Made by a program: the position numbers and the translations under genes
Assembly: GCA_964016885.1 (NCBI GenBank)
Contig: OZ024760.1
Span: forward strand, 25,854,001 to 25,918,000
Source: Eledone cirrhosa
Lineage: Eukaryota
Length of the DNA: 64,000 nt
Direction of reading: 5' to 3'
Part shown: positions 1 to 14,656 of the stretch, one piece after another
How positions within the stretch are numbered: the stretch's first letter is position 1
How the letters are laid out: the number at the start of each line of letters is the position of its first letter
The notes under the pieces: model-generated
The model's input: the letters and a program-made list of their open reading frames with translations, nothing else
Database searches by the model: none
Told to the model about the DNA's origin: nothing

Positions 1-295
1 CGCCGAGGTTAACTTTGCCTTTCATCCTTACGGGGTCGATAAAATAAAGTACCAGTAATGCACTGGGGTAATTGCTGGCCTTGTGCCTAAAATAGAAACA
101 ATTATTTCAAGTAACAATAATAATTGTTTCTACTTTTGGCACAAGGCCAGCAATTAACCAGTGTATTACTGGTACTTTATTTTATCGACCCCGTAAGGAT
201 GAAAGGCAAAGTTAACCTCGGCGGGATTTGAACTCAGAATGGCAAGGGCCGTAACTCTATGCGTCAAATCATGGCGTCCGACCCTCTACCGATAG
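1..295. mobile_element. Two tRNA-derived SINE copies tail-to-tail (1-104 +, 124-295 -)
   Basis: Conserved body gccgaggttaactttgcctttcatccttacggggtcgataaaataaagtaccag and B-box gagttcaaatc. Confidence 0.85.
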
Positions 296-624
296 ATGTA
301 ACAATAATAATAATTGTTTCTATAAAATAAACTATGTACCAAACATAACAGGGGTGGACCACTCAGGGGTGACTCAGGTACCCCACCAATCCTGAATCAG
401 CCGGCAATAATAAAAAAGAATCGGTAGAGCGTCAGTCTTGGCTGTTCATATTTCTGATATAGTCTTAACGCTGGTCTTCTTTTGTAAAAACTACAAAGAA
501 TAGCGTGACCTGCCTCCTTCTGTTAAGCCGGCAATGTTTTGGCTGTCATGGCGTTAGAGTAGTGGCTATCTGGTCAAGATGTCCTGCTCGGTAGCCTTCC
601 TGTCTCAAACACACACACACACAC

Positions 625-659
<35 letters not shown>

Positions 660-675
660 TATATGTACATACATA

Positions 676-722
<47 letters not shown>

Positions 723-810
723 GTACATACATAGACACACACACACACATATATATATACACACACACAGACACACACATATATGTACATACATAGACAC
801 ACACACACAT

Positions 811-842
<32 letters not shown>

Positions 843-844
843 TT

Positions 845-1268
845 CTAGGGCGGGTAAAATTCCCGAGATCCATGGACGAGTTCTCTCCAGCGGTCTCTGT
901 CCCTCATTATCGCTGCCATGTCCTGCGTCTCCAACAGACCAGTGTCTGTCCTTAGGGCATCAACCTTGGTCTTCCCCTTCCAGTGTGTCCGTGTAGGGGC
1001 TCCCAAAGGATTCATCCTCAGTGTATACTGATTAATGTTCAGAGCCATCCTCAGTATTCTCGTGTAGCACCCATTGGTTGAGGACTTCCTGTATTTGGGA
1101 GTAAAGATTGGAAATACGGAAGATTTATGTGGTTGAGAGGAAGAGCAAAGCCTGGGCAGCGTGCCACAGTTTGAGATCGGTGAGGAAGTCGGACCTTCGT
1201 GAAGACCTGAAAATCCGCCTCTTCGTTGCTGTACGGGTCTGAGACTTGGACACTGACCAAGAAACTCA
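845..1268 (-). mobile_element. RTE-like LINE 3' remnant (second fragment 11580-11742, +)
   Basis: YTRILRMALNI...ALRTDTGL...MRDRDRWRELV, frameshifted. Confidence 0.65.
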
Positions 1269-1348
1269 CTTAGATGGTGGATATATATATATTTGTATAT
1301 ATATAGAGAGAGAGAGATATAGAGATAAAATAGAGAGAGAGAGAGAGA

Positions 1349-1388
<40 letters not shown>

Positions 1389-1719
1389 ATGGCGCACAAG
1401 AAAAGGGGACAATACAAAGACAAGCCGGGGATTTTACATGCAATTGTGTAAAAAATATAAAAACAAACAATTACAACAATCGAAATCCCCAATAGAGGGG
1501 AGGCGCCACAAATGGGTTGTTTAATACCCCGTGGATAGAACAACCCTCAACTCCAGGAGCGTGTTGTGCAAGTGCTCCTTTCTTCCTTTTGCTCTCTTCC
1601 TCAACCTACAGGTTTATAAACAGAGAAAGCCCAAAGAGAGAGAGATAGAGAGATAGATAGACATACACACACATATATATCGATAAATGAGTCAGGACCC
1701 CGACGGCTGAGCTCTTGCT

Positions 1720-3550
1720 GTGGTGGTGGTGGTGCTGGTGATAGTGATGGTGGTGCTGGTGTGATAGGGAGGGTGGTGGTGGTGATGGTGGTGATAGTGA
1801 GGGTGGTGGTGGTGATAGTGATGGTGGTGGTGGTGGTGATAGTGATGGTGGTGGTGGTGGTGGTGATAGTGAGGGTGGTGGTGGTAGTGGTGATAGTGAT
1901 GGTGGTGGTGGTGGTAATGGTGATAGTGATGGTGGTGGTGGTAATGGTGATAGTGAGGGTGGTGGTGGTGGTGGTGATAGTGATGGTGGTGGTGGTGGTA
2001 ATGGTGATAGTGAGGGTGGTGGTGGTAATGGTGATAGTGAGGGTGGTGGTGGTGGTGGTGATAGTGATGGTGGTGGTGGTGGTAATGGTGATAGTGAGGG
2101 TGGTGGTGGTAATGGTGATAGTGAGGGTGGTGGTGGTGGTGGTGATAGTGATGGTGGTGGTGGTGGTAATGGTGATAGTGAGGGTGGTGGTGGTAATGGT
2201 GATAGTGAGGGTGGTGGTGGTGGTGGTGATAGTGATGGTGGTGGTGGTGGTAATGGTGATAGTGAGGGTGGTGGTGGTAATGGTGATAGTGAGGGTGGTG
2301 GTGGTGGTGGTGATAGTGATGGTGGTGGTGGTGGTAATGGTGATAGTGATGGTGGTGGTGGTAATGGTGATAGTGAGGGTGGTGGTGGTGGTGGTGATAG
2401 TGATGGTGGTGGTGGTGGTAATGGTGATAGTGAGGGTGGTGGTGGTAATGGTGATAGTGAGGGTGGTGGTGGTGGTGGTGATAGTGATGGTGGTGGTGGT
2501 GGTAATGGTGATAGTGAGGGTGGTGGTGGTAATGGTGATAGTGAGGGTGGTGGTGGTGGTGGTGATAGTGATGGTGGTGGTGGTGGTAATGGTGATAGTG
2601 AGGGTGGTGGTGGTAATGGTGATAGTGAGGGTGGTGGTGGTGGTGGTGATAGTGATGGTGGTGGTGGTGGTAATGGTGATAGTGAGGGTGGTGGTGGTAA
2701 TGGTGATAGTGAGGGTGGTGGTGGTGGTGGTGATAGTGATGGTGGTGGTGGTGGTAATGGTGATAGTGAGGGTGGTGGTGGTAATGGTGATAGTGAGGGT
2801 GGTGGTGGTGGTGGTGATAGTGATGGTGGTGGTGGTGGTAATGGTGATAGTGAGGGTGGTGGTGGTAATGGTGATAGTGAGGGTGGTGGTGGTAATGGTG
2901 ATAGTGAGGGTGGTGGTGGTGGTGGTGATAGTGATGGTGGTGGTGGTGGTAATGGTGATAGTGAGGGTGGTGGTGGTAATGGTGATAGTGAGGGTGGTGG
3001 TGGTGGTGGTGATAGTGATGGTGGTGGTGGTGGTAATGGTGATAGTGAGGGTGGTGGTGGTAATGGTGATAGTGAGGGTGGTGGTGGTAATGGTGATAGT
3101 GAGGGTGGTGGTGGTGGTGGTGATAGTGATGGTGGTGGTGGTGGTAATGGTGATAGTGAGGGTGGTGGTGGTAATGGTGATAGTGAGGGTGGTGGTGGTG
3201 GTGGTGATAGTGATGGTGGTGGTGGTGGTAATGGTGATAGTGAGGGTGGTGTAGGTGGTGGTGATAGTGATGGTGGTGGTGGTGGTGGTGATAGTGAGGG
3301 TGGTGGTGGTGGTGGTGATAGTGATGGTGGTGGTAGTGGTGATAGTGATGGTGGTGGTGGTGGTGATAGTGAGGGTGGTGTTGGTGGTAATGGTGATAGT
3401 GAGGGTGGTGGTGGTGGTGATAGTGAGGGTGGTGTTGGTGGTAATGGTGATAGTGAGGGTGGTGGTGATGGTAGTTGTAGTATTGATGGTGGAGGTGATG
3501 ATGGTGATGATGATGATGGTGCTGGCAGTGGTAGTATTGATGATGGTGCT

Positions 3551-3604
<54 letters not shown>

Positions 3605-3800
3605 AATGGTAGCGGTAGTATTGATGATGATGATGATGATGGTGATGGTCACGATGATGGTGATGGTGATGGTCACGATGATGGTCATGATGATGATGAT
3701 GGTGATGGTGATGGTCACGATGATGATGATGATGATGATGACGATGACGTCGATGGGGGTAGTGTCAGTACTGATGGCGACGGCGGCGGCGGTGATGAGG
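1720..3800. repeat. GTG/GAT-based minisatellite with an 84-bp higher-order unit
   Basis: Subunits of 30+27+27 bp recur (e.g. 2061 and 2145). Confidence 0.9.
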
Positions 3801-4226
3801 CATATATTATGGAAGGCTATTATAAACACCCAACTTAGAAATTTAAGCAGTGTTTGAAATACAGGTGTTGAATGAAAACAGGTGGAAAACGAAGAAATTC
3901 TCATTGAAAGTGTTTGGTAAGATGTCAGCTGAAGACTTATTGCCTTGCTACATATTGACTGAAGAATATATAAATATAAGACATTTATTCTCAGAAATAT
4001 CAGGGTTTTCAGAAAACTGGGGCCCATGAAGCGGAAATTGTTTGATGTTCGCAATCTTGTTTAGAGACTGATGCACATGTATGGCGTATATTTATATATG
4101 TATATATATATATGTATATATATGTGTATATGTATGTATATGTATGTATGTATGTATGTATATATATGTATGTATGTATGAATATATATATATATGTATG
4201 TATATATATATATATATATGTATGTA

Positions 4227-4285
<59 letters not shown>

Positions 4286-4388
4286 GTATATGTATATATG
4301 TATATGTATGTATGTATATGTATGTATATATATATATATGTATATATACATATATATATACATATGTACCTATATATATATGTATATA

Positions 4389-4435
<47 letters not shown>

Positions 4436-4531
4436 GTACCTATATATATATATGTACCTATATATATGTGTGTGTATATATATATATACATATATATACA
4501 CACACACTTATATGTATATATATATATGTAG

Positions 4532-4635
<104 letters not shown>

Positions 4636-4992
4636 ATGTAAATATAAATATACGCATCATGCGTATACGTATCTGGACGTATATTATCAAGGCATGTGTA
4701 TATAAAATATAAAATATATACAGTAGTGATACGTCTTATTGTTTTTGTTATATTTTCCCGAGCAGTGTAGAAATAAATTGCTCCTATATATAAACTGTGA
4801 CTAAGAGCCTTCATGATATATCGATGCACAACAAGAAATGTTAAGAATTCTGCATAGTTACTTGCGCATTTAGCCAAGTGGAAGTTAGTTTTTACATACT
4901 TTATGCGCGCATAAACACAGGCACACATACACACACCCATTCACTGACTCACTCACTCACTCACACTCATAAGCGTACACACAAACACACAG

Positions 4993-5109
<117 letters not shown>

Positions 5110-5161
5110 GATACATTTGTGTGCCTTTATATGCGTGTGCGTGGGTATATATATATATATA

Positions 5162-5549
5162 TGAGGGTTAAAATACTGGAGTGTGTTGGAGTTAAACACC
5201 CTCTTCGTATTATAGAAATGACAGTAAAAGGTATAGCTCAATGTAGTTAAACAGAGCCGAAAAATTAAGAGAGTAAAACAAAGAAGCCTTCAATACATCA
5301 AAAGTCTTTATTAGCCGACAATGTTTCGTCCTATTAAGGACTCATCAGGGCAATTAAAACAACAAGAAGTAATATCGGCAGATACAAGCCGGAAGCTCCG
5401 AAGAATATTCTTCGGAGCTTCCGGCTTGTATCTGCCGTTATTACTTCTTGTTGTTTTAATTGCCCTGATGAGTCCTTAATAGGACGAAACATTGTCGGCT
5501 AATAAAGACTTTTGATGTATTGAAGGCTTCTTTGTTTTACTCTCTTAAT
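5162..5549. mobile_element. Fold-back HHR element (PLE terminus-like): ~143-bp inverted arms 5264-5549 plus a one-sided tail, in a (TA)n tract
   Basis: Near-perfect palindrome centred on gaagaatattcttc with an HHR in each arm, flanked by TA repeats. Confidence 0.75.
5462..5499 (+). ncRNA. Minimal type I hammerhead ribozyme (inverted copy at 5314-5351, - strand)
   Basis: gcc-CTGATGA-gtcct taat aggac-GAAAC-att-GTC-ggc: full core, stems I and II, short stem III. Confidence 0.9.
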
Positions 5550-5797
5550 ATATATATATATATATATATATATTCATTTTATTCAAACTGAATAGTGAGT
5601 TGTTGTTTTTTTTGCTCCGGAGTGTTACCTGTCTCCGGATGAAACTAACTCCAGAGTAACAAGCCCGAATAAAATGAATATTTAAACTCTACTTCAGTAT
5701 TGAGTACTCTTTTCCGTCGGCCATAAACTACGTACGGATATATATAAGAAAATGAGTTTGTTTTTTTTTAATAAAAATAAAACGATATGTTCTACAC

Positions 5798-6141
5798 CAG
5801 GGGTTCATAACCTGGTCCATGTGGACCACTAGAGGTCCACAGGAAAATTCAGGTGGTCCACAGAAAATTTTCAATAGCAAATTCTTTTTTGATCCATGCA
5901 TTTGACTTAAAGCGCTGTTCTTATTCTTCGCATAAGTACGACTTCAGCTGTTTATTTGCGTTGATTTTTAGGCACTGCGACATGATAATAACATTTTCTA
6001 ATTCATTGAAAATAAAAAAACATCTACTGATGCTTATAAGTAGCAGTTCTATTACAAAAGAGTTAAAAGTTTAGCTGGTCCACAGGAAAAAAAATTACTT
6101 ATTTTGGTGGTCCACAGCGAAAAAAAGATTGAGAACCCCTG
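5798..6141. mobile_element. hAT-type MITE
   Basis: TIRs caggggttc/gaacccctg, 8-bp TSD (t/g)tctacac. Confidence 0.82.
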
Positions 6142-6400
6142 GTCTACACGGCTGAAAGTATAAGGAAAAAATCGTAAATGTGGGAAGAACCACAAACCCT
6201 CCATCTCAATTCTACAAGAACTGTGAAACCGGTAAAGGAAATAAATAAATATACTTAAAAAGACTCCAGTTGCATTTTCGATTTCTTTTCGTTATAAACC
6301 ACAAACCCTCCATCTCAATTCTACAAGAACTGTGAAACCGGTAAAGGAAATAAATAAATATACTTAAAAAGACTCCAGTTGCATTTTCGATTTCTTTTCG

Positions 6401-6458
<58 letters not shown>

Positions 6459-6833
6459 TTAAGTATACTATTTTTGGTTATGCAAATACAAAAACCTTTT
6501 GTAGTTATATATATTTTTATAAACCCTAAATAGTGGTAGGCAGTAATATATTACTACCTTATTACCAGTAAGTTAAATAGCTCAATGTAATAACATCAGA
6601 TGATTTACAGAGCAGTTATATGAATTATAAGAATCAAAGAACTGTTCAAAACATTTTTATGCTTACAACTGTTTCCTCCAAACCGAGGTTTGTATATTTA
6701 AAATGAATGTAATCTCTAAATGTGTATTGCCACATAAAATGTTGTAATGAATGTTGACCACAATATTTGCATATGTATCTGTATGTCTCTTGGGTGAAAA
6801 GGAGGTCATATAAGTGTTCATTCAATAATAAAT

Positions 6834-6880
6834 TGTTCCGAAGAATCCAAACCTCGGTTTGGAGGAAACAGTTGTAAGCA
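6834..6880 (+). ncRNA. Hammerhead-like motif with U4C core change
   Basis: tgtt-CCGAAGA-a tccaaacc tc ggtttgga g-GAAAC-agtt-GTA-agca, within inverted repeat 6624-6917. Confidence 0.6.
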
Positions 6881-6914
6881 TAAAAATGTTTTGAACAGTT
6901 CTTTGATTCTTATA

Positions 6915-6953
<39 letters not shown>

Positions 6954-7155
6954 GAGAAGAAAGAGGAATACTGCGTGGTTGCACATGGGTTACATATGAT
7001 AAAAATAGTCCTTCGTCAGTGCTTTTCCAAATATATATATATATATATATATACGTAGGTCCCGGGTTGAGTCGGGGATAACCACAGTAAGTAAGGTACT
7101 CAATACATGGCAGAGTAAAATTTTTTATTTTATAGAAGGAGCTTCTACAGGAAGC

Positions 7156-7204
7156 GCTTCCTGAAGATTTCATCTGAATGAAACAGTACTAGTCCTGTAG
7201 AAGC
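7156..7204 (+). ncRNA. Type I hammerhead ribozyme (family shared with 20683, 42342, 49313, 50836, 51592/51640)
   Basis: gcttc-CTGAAGA-t ttc atct gaa t-GAA-acag tactagtc ctgt-A-gaagc; GUA cleavage triplet. Confidence 0.82.
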
Positions 7205-7225
7205 TCCTTCTATAAAATAAAAATA

Positions 7226-7305
<80 letters not shown>

Positions 7306-7627
7306 GAGGGGGGAATAGGTAGATTAATTTTATAAGTTGATAAAACAACATGCGGTTACGGATTGTATCGATAAGTAATTAAACCCTTTTTAATATGTTA
7401 TGTAATTGATCGGGACGATTACTGTATAAGTGTGTGTATTGTAAATAATATCAAAGACAGCGAGAGGAGACAGAGGGAGACAGAGTTAAGTACCAGATCT
7501 CATCTCTGATGGCCGACCGAATACGCACGTGTGTTTTGTTTTTCTCCCCAATTTTTTTTTTTTTTCATTTTACTCGTTCCTTCCTCTCATCACTCTTTAC
7601 TTTCTATTTATCTTCTATTCCTAATTC

Positions 7628-7670
7628 TATCTTCTGAAGAAGGACTAGTGTCCGAAACGATAAGTTGATA
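7628..7670 (+). ncRNA. Hammerhead-like motif
   Basis: CTGAAGA-a ggac tagt gtcc-GAAAC present; register of stem I and the cleavage triplet is ambiguous. Confidence 0.55.
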
Positions 7671-7744
7671 TATTTCTTCCATGTACTGTGCCGTTTGTTT
7701 TGTTATTTCTGTTATTACTTATACATACTGTATAAATATATAGT

Positions 7745-8140
7745 TGTCTTACGCAGCTGCTGTAGTCTGCGGTCTGGATACTCAAACAGTTGCTAGACCG
7801 TTCAGACGTTGATGTGATGTATCTCGATTTTGAGAAGGCCTTCGACAAGGTTGATCATTGAATGATTTGTCACAAACTACGTAGCTTTGGCATAGCCCGA
7901 AAACTAGGTGAATTGCTTCATAGTTTCTTAAAAGACAGAAGCGAGACTGTTGCAGCCAACGGAATCCTCATAGAGGAAACGTCAATAACAAGTGGTGTGC
8001 CCCAGGGAACCGTCTTGAGACCACTACTGTTTGTGGTGGCTCTTTAACAGACACCCCCTTTGTAGTACGGACAGTCACCATCACAAGCTATGCTGATGCA
8101 CGAAAGTAGCACAGGCAATCAAGAAATCAGCTGGTGTTCA
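7745..8140 (+). mobile_element. CR1/L2-type LINE reverse transcriptase remnant
   Basis: VDVMYLDFEKAFDKVDH, SGVPQGTVLRPLLF, SYAD; contains stops. Confidence 0.85.
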
Positions 8141-8165
8141 TCTCTTATAAATTAGAAGCGATAAT

Positions 8166-8345
8166 TGGCAGAATCAGTAGAGTGTCGGACGCCTTGCTTT
8201 GACGAATAGAGTTATGGCCCTTGCCATTCTGAGTACAAATCCCACCGAGGTTAACTTTGCCTTTCATCCTTACGGGGTTGATAAAATAAAGTACCAGTAA
8301 TACACTGGGTAATTGATGGCCTTGTGCCAAAAGTAGAAGCGATAT
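8166..8345 (+). mobile_element. tRNA-derived SINE
   Basis: A-box tggcagaatcagt, B-box-like gagtacaaatc, same conserved body. Confidence 0.85.
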
Positions 8346-8448
8346 TATTAGTTATTCGGCATTTAAATTACTGGTGAGGTCTGCAAAAATATGACCTCAA
8401 CAACTGAATAATAGAATGAACTCTATAGATACAGAACCACAAGGTTAT

Positions 8449-8852
8449 GGTCTGAACATGGAAGAGCCGAACTCCCACTCTCATCGCTTCCAACTCTCTC
8501 GCCCTCCTCATCTCTCTGTATGGTGAGCAAACGGGGTCACACGTGCTGGGTCCGAACATGGAAGAGCTGAACTCCCACTATCATCGCCTCCATCTCTCTC
8601 GCCATCCCCATCTCTCTCTATGGTGAGCAAACGGGGTCACACGTGCTGGGTCCGAACATGGAGGAGCTGAACTCCCACTGTCATCGCTTCCATCTCTCTC
8701 GCATCTCCCCATCTCTCTGTATGGTCAGCAAATGGGGTCACGCGTGCTGGGTCCGAACATGGAAGAGCCGAACTCCCACTGTCATCCATCTCTCTCGCCC
8801 TCCCCATCTCTCTGTATGGTGAGCAAAGCAAATTGGGGTTCCACGTGCTGGT
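8449..8852. repeat. 100-bp tandem repeat, ~4 copies
   Basis: tc(c/t)gaacatgga at 8451, 8551, 8651 and 8752. Confidence 0.9.
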
Positions 8853-8919
8853 CTCCTCACAGCCCCGGCGGACAGAATGTAGAAGGTATACGAATGGAAT
8901 GAAGCTAACAATATGTAAT

Positions 8920-9098
8920 TTAACTGTTTCTACTTTTGGCACAAGGCTAGCAATTACCCCAGTGTATTACTGGTACTTTATTTTATCGACCCCGTAAGGA
9001 TGAAAGGCAAGGTTAACCACGACGGGATTTGAACTCAGGCCATAAAGGAACGTAACTGTGCTGGAAAGTATGGCGTCAGACCCTCTACCGATACTGCC
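8920..9098 (-). mobile_element. tRNA-derived SINE
   Basis: Reverse complement of the same family. Confidence 0.85.
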
Positions 9099-9336
9099 AA
9101 GGTAATTTACAAGCCCTCGGCTGTCAACCCACAAACATGGGACCACCACTACAAAGGTACATTGGATCAGGTGGAATCTAAATGCCAGAGTGTATATGAC
9201 TATATAAATTCTGATTCTCACGACATAATGTGTAAACCTTTACCGTGTAGAAAGCATCAATGATATAGTTGATAGAGTGTAAGGTTTGAGTTTGCATGTG
9301 GGGAAAACATGTTGGAATACGTCATATCACCGAATG

Positions 9337-9394
<58 letters not shown>

Positions 9395-9395
9395 G

Positions 9396-9464
<69 letters not shown>

Positions 9465-9965
9465 GTATGTATATATACATATCTATATATATATATATTT
9501 ATATATATATGCATATGTATATATATGTATATATATGTATATATATATGTATATATATATGCATGTATATATATATGTATATATATGTATATATATATGT
9601 ATATATATATGTATATATGTGTATGTATATATATATATATACATGCATATACATATATATATATAAACATACATATATAAATATATACATATACATATAT
9701 ATATATATATACATACATATATATATACACATATATACAAATATATATATATTTATATATATATATACATACATATATATATACACATATATACAAATAT
9801 ATATATATTTATATATATATATATATACATACATATATATATACACATATACACATATATATATATATTTATATATATATATATATATATACATACATAT
9901 ATACATACATACATACATACATACATACATACATACATACATACATACATACATACATACATACA

Positions 9966-9996
<31 letters not shown>

Positions 9997-10390
9997 GTGT
10001 GTGTATGTATGTGAACCACTATGCTGCGTCAGTGTGCATATTACTGTATGAAACGCCAGTAATTCATCATATTCTCTTATCAGAATGACATCAGTAAATT
10101 TTCAAAACATTTTACCGCTTATCTTAACTTAATTTACATATTTCCTACTTCGCATACAATTTTATTTCACTCAATTAAAGTTTCTCACCCACTCACCATA
10201 TATATATATATATATGTGTGTCTGTGTGTGTCTGTGTGTGTCTGTGTGTGTGTGTGTGCGTGTGTGTGTATATATATATGCATTTAAATGTAAGTATGTA
10301 TGTAAGTATGTATGTATGTACATTTAAGTAACTGCCATACTAAGAGTGAGAAATGAAATTAGTTTCATTCTATTCCATTTATATGCATTT

Positions 10391-10430
<40 letters not shown>

Positions 10431-10435
<5 letters not shown>

Positions 10436-10806
10436 TAAGTTAAAAATGTACATCTACATATGCATACTGAAATACTAGTGTGTATATGAATACACACACG
10501 TATACATATGTAGGTGTAACAAGTCTTTCACTGGTTGCTTTACTGTGAGCAACCCAGCTATTCTGTATGTAAACACACAGACAAACCGGTTTTATTCTGG
10601 AGAATAGAGGAAAGGCGTTTCCTCGAAAACCAGTATGACTCTAAAAACCGGTTTGTCTGTGTGTTTACATACAGAATAGCTGGGTTGCTCACAGTAAAGC
10701 AACCAGTGAAAGACTTGTTACACCTACATATGTATACGTGTGTGTATTCATATACACACTAGTATTTCAGTATGCATATGTAGATGTACATTTTTAACTT
10801 AATTGT
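10431..10806. repeat. Inverted repeat (~160-bp arms) with a degenerate HHR-like spacer
   Basis: Arms 10431-10593 and 10643-10806; spacer CTGGAGA...gaggaaa ggcg tttcctc GAAA. Confidence 0.75.
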
Positions 10807-10871
10807 TTAAGCGTCAGTCATACAAAAGTGAGTTACAAACGAAACGAAATTTAATTTCGTTTCGTTATTTG

Positions 10872-10919
<48 letters not shown>

Positions 10920-11142
10920 TTTAGATATGTATAAATATTAATATATATATATATGTTTAAAATATATGTATAGGTATATATATATATATATATATATGTA
11001 TGTAAGTAAATGTGTGTATATAAGTGCATATATATGTATGTATATACATACATATGTGTATGTATGTATATACATATATATGTGTATGTATATATATATA
11101 TATATATATATATGCATATATATGTACATATGTATGTATATA

Positions 11143-11233
<91 letters not shown>

Positions 11234-11445
11234 ATTATATATATGTCTGTAAATATGTATATATATATATATACATATATATGTATGTATATATTATATA
11301 TATGTCTGTAAATATGTATATACATATATATATACATATATATGTATGTATATATGTGTGTGGATATATATATGTATATATGCATACATATGTTTATATA
11401 TATATATGCATATATATATATATGTATATATACATGCATATATAT

Positions 11446-11481
<36 letters not shown>

Positions 11482-11771
11482 GCATACATATGTTTATATA
11501 TATATGTATATATATCTATATGTATATATATACATGCATACATATGTTTATATATATATGCATATATATCTATATGTAATGTCTACATGGACACACTAGA
11601 AGAGGAAGACCAAGGTTAACGTATGTTGATGCCCTAAGGACAGACACTGGTATGTTGGAGACGCAGGACATGGCAGCGATAATGAGGGACAGAAACCACA
11701 GGAGAGAACTCGTCCATGGATCTCGGGAATTTTACCCGCCTTAGATAGATATCTATATATATATATACATG

Positions 11772-11854
<83 letters not shown>

Positions 11855-12357
11855 ATAGGATATGTGTTCCTACACGCACAAGGCGCTAAGGGACGCATGT
11901 ATTGTCCAACCATATGCCAATGTGGTTCAATGGCAGGTTAATAAATTAACGAGCCAGAACATATATAATCAAGGTTTAGCAAATAATGAAAAAGTTTCAA
12001 AATAAATTTTAAAAAATTGACTTTACCTGCTATGGTTACCTTTACCGAATCGGTTTCGAATCTCAAAAATAAACGGAGACCATACGGCCTTCGTTGCAAA
12101 GAAAGATTCTCGTCAGAAGGTTCTTTTCATTCGAAGAATATAAAATTCTTGAATTTAAATTACCATCTAGCGCTGTCCAAAACTGTTCCCGAGATGAGAG
12201 TAAATGAAGTGGAATCAATTTTTTCAAGGGTCGAAGTAAAGATAGAGGCAGTGAAAAAATTTGATTCCACTTCATTTACTCTCATCTCGGGAACAGTTTT
12301 GGACAGCGCTAGTTCGTAATTTAAATTCAAGAATTTTATATTCTTCGAATGAAAAGA

Positions 12358-12441
12358 ACCTTCTGACGAGAATCTTTCTTTGCAACGAAGGCCGTATGGT
12401 CTCCGTTTATTTTTGAGATTCGAAACCGATTCGGTAAAGGT
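12358..12441 (+). ncRNA. Type I hammerhead ribozyme with extended stem II (inverted copy 12038-12121, - strand)
   Basis: acctt-CTGACGA-gaatct[~40 nt]agattc-GAA-accga t tcggt-A-aaggt, inside the ~550-bp fold-back 11963-12514. Confidence 0.88.
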
Positions 12442-12511
12442 AACCATAGCAGGTAAAGTCAATTTTTTAAATTTTATTTTGAAACTTTTTCATTATTTGC
12501 TAAACCTTGAT

Positions 12512-12644
<133 letters not shown>

Positions 12645-12661
12645 ATATGTATGCGTGTATG

Positions 12662-12699
<38 letters not shown>

Positions 12700-12809
12700 T
12701 GTGTGTGTCAGTGTGTATGTGTGTGTGTTTAAATGGGGTGGTCTGTGTACGATCTTACACTGAACGTTCAAAATTAACTGAATTTGTTACAAAATTATAT
12801 ACACTATGA

Positions 12810-14005
12810 ACCTTGCTAAACAGCACATGTACATGTGAGAAACACCACATGTATACCACATGTATAAACATGGCTGGTGTCTTAAATTATAACATGGTCT
12901 GGTCTTATATCGACTCCGTTGCTAAACTCCACATGTACACCACATGTATAAACATGATTGATGTCTTAAATTTTAACATGGTCTGATATCGACCCCTTCC
13001 TAAACACCACATGTAAATCTCATCTATAAGCATTCTCGTGTCTTAAATTACAACATGGTCTTATATCGACTCCGTTGCTAAACACCACATGTGCACCACG
13101 TGTATTAGGATGACTGGCGTCTCAAACTTTAACGTGTGTATATCGACTCCCTGCTAAACACTACATGTTCATCTCATGTAGTAGAATGACTGGTGTCTTA
13201 AAATATCACACGGTCTTATATCGACCCCCTTGTAAACACCACATGTAAACCACATGTGGTAGAATGACTGGCGTCTTAAATTTTAACATGGTCTTACATC
13301 TAACCTCTCCTAAACATCACATGTACATCACATGTATAAACAGGGCTGGTATCTTAAATTATAACACGGTCTTATATCCACCCGCTTATTAAACACTACA
13401 TGTACACCACATGTAGTCGAATGACTGGTGTCTTAAATTTTAAAACAGTCTTATATCGAACCCTTTGCTAAACACCACATACACAACACATGTAGTAGAA
13501 TGACTGGTGTCTTAAATTATAACACAGTCTTATATCGACCCCCTTGCTAAACACCACATACACAACACATGTAGTAGAATGACTGGTGTCTTAAATTATA
13601 ACACAGTCTTATATCGACCCCCTTGCTAAACACCACATATACACCACATGTAGTAGAATGACTGGTGTCTTAAATTATAACACAGTCTTATATCGACCCC
13701 CTTGCTAAACACCACATATACACCACATGTAGTAGAATGACTGGTGTCTTAAATTATAACACGGTCTTATATCGACCCCCTTGCTAAACACCACATATAC
13801 ACCACATGTAGTAGAATGACTGGTGTCTTAAATTCTAACATGGTCTTATATCGACTCCCTGCTAAACACCACATGTATAAACAGTCTTAGAGTTTAACAC
13901 AGTCTTATATCGAACCCCTTGCTAAACACCACGTGTATAAACAGGGCTGATGTCTTAAAGTTAAACACAGTCTTATATGGAACCCCTTGCTAAACACCAC
14001 ATGTT
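12810..14005. repeat. ~79-bp minisatellite, ~15 copies
   Basis: Unit tgactggtgtcttaaattataacacagtcttatatcgacccccttgctaaacaccacat... Confidence 0.9.
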
Positions 14006-14038
14006 CAAATCTGTAATCAAATCAATTATTGTCATTAA

Positions 14039-14307
14039 CCCGCCGTGGTTAACTTTGCCTTTCATCCTTACGGGTCGATAAAATAAAGTACCAGTAATGT
14101 ACTAGGTATTTGCTGGCTTTTTGCCTAAAATAGAAACAATTATTTTATAAAAGGGTGGTGGATTTGCAGTATCGGTAGAGCGTCAGACACTATGCTTTGC
14201 AGTATATTGTTCTGAGTTCAAATCCCGCCGAGGTTAACTTTGCCTTTCATCTTTACGGGGTCGATAAAATAAAGTACCAGTAATACACTGGATAATTTCT
14301 GGCCTTG
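14039..14307 (+). mobile_element. Two tandem tRNA-derived SINE copies
   Basis: Conserved body present twice; the second copy has A and B boxes. Confidence 0.8.
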
Positions 14308-14656
14308 TAAAATGTAAAATACCCATACCATACTTCCTGTAATGTCCCATTTATTGTGCGCCCTTGTGGCAAATAAAGAAATCTATCTTAAATATCAACA
14401 GACGATCTTATACCAGGAGCCTTGACTATTGTGTTCACTGCCAAATGGCGTCTGTGAGATATTTATTCAACCACCATCTTTTATTTTATTTTATTTTATT
14501 TATTGTTGTTTTTTTTTTCGTTTATCTTGCTTTTGTTCATACGAGTTATCATCAAGTCACAACCAGTGACCTCAAGAGACAACTAGGTCCGCCATGTTCA
14601 AGAAAGAACATACATACACACACATGCATCTTTAGGTGTTTAGACTTGTGATGTAT

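Noticed and set aside
1601-4054. 817-aa Thr/Ile-rich ORF and the overlapping Val-rich ORFs
   Set aside because: Stop-free translation of the GTG/GAT minisatellite; no splice or domain evidence for a mucin.
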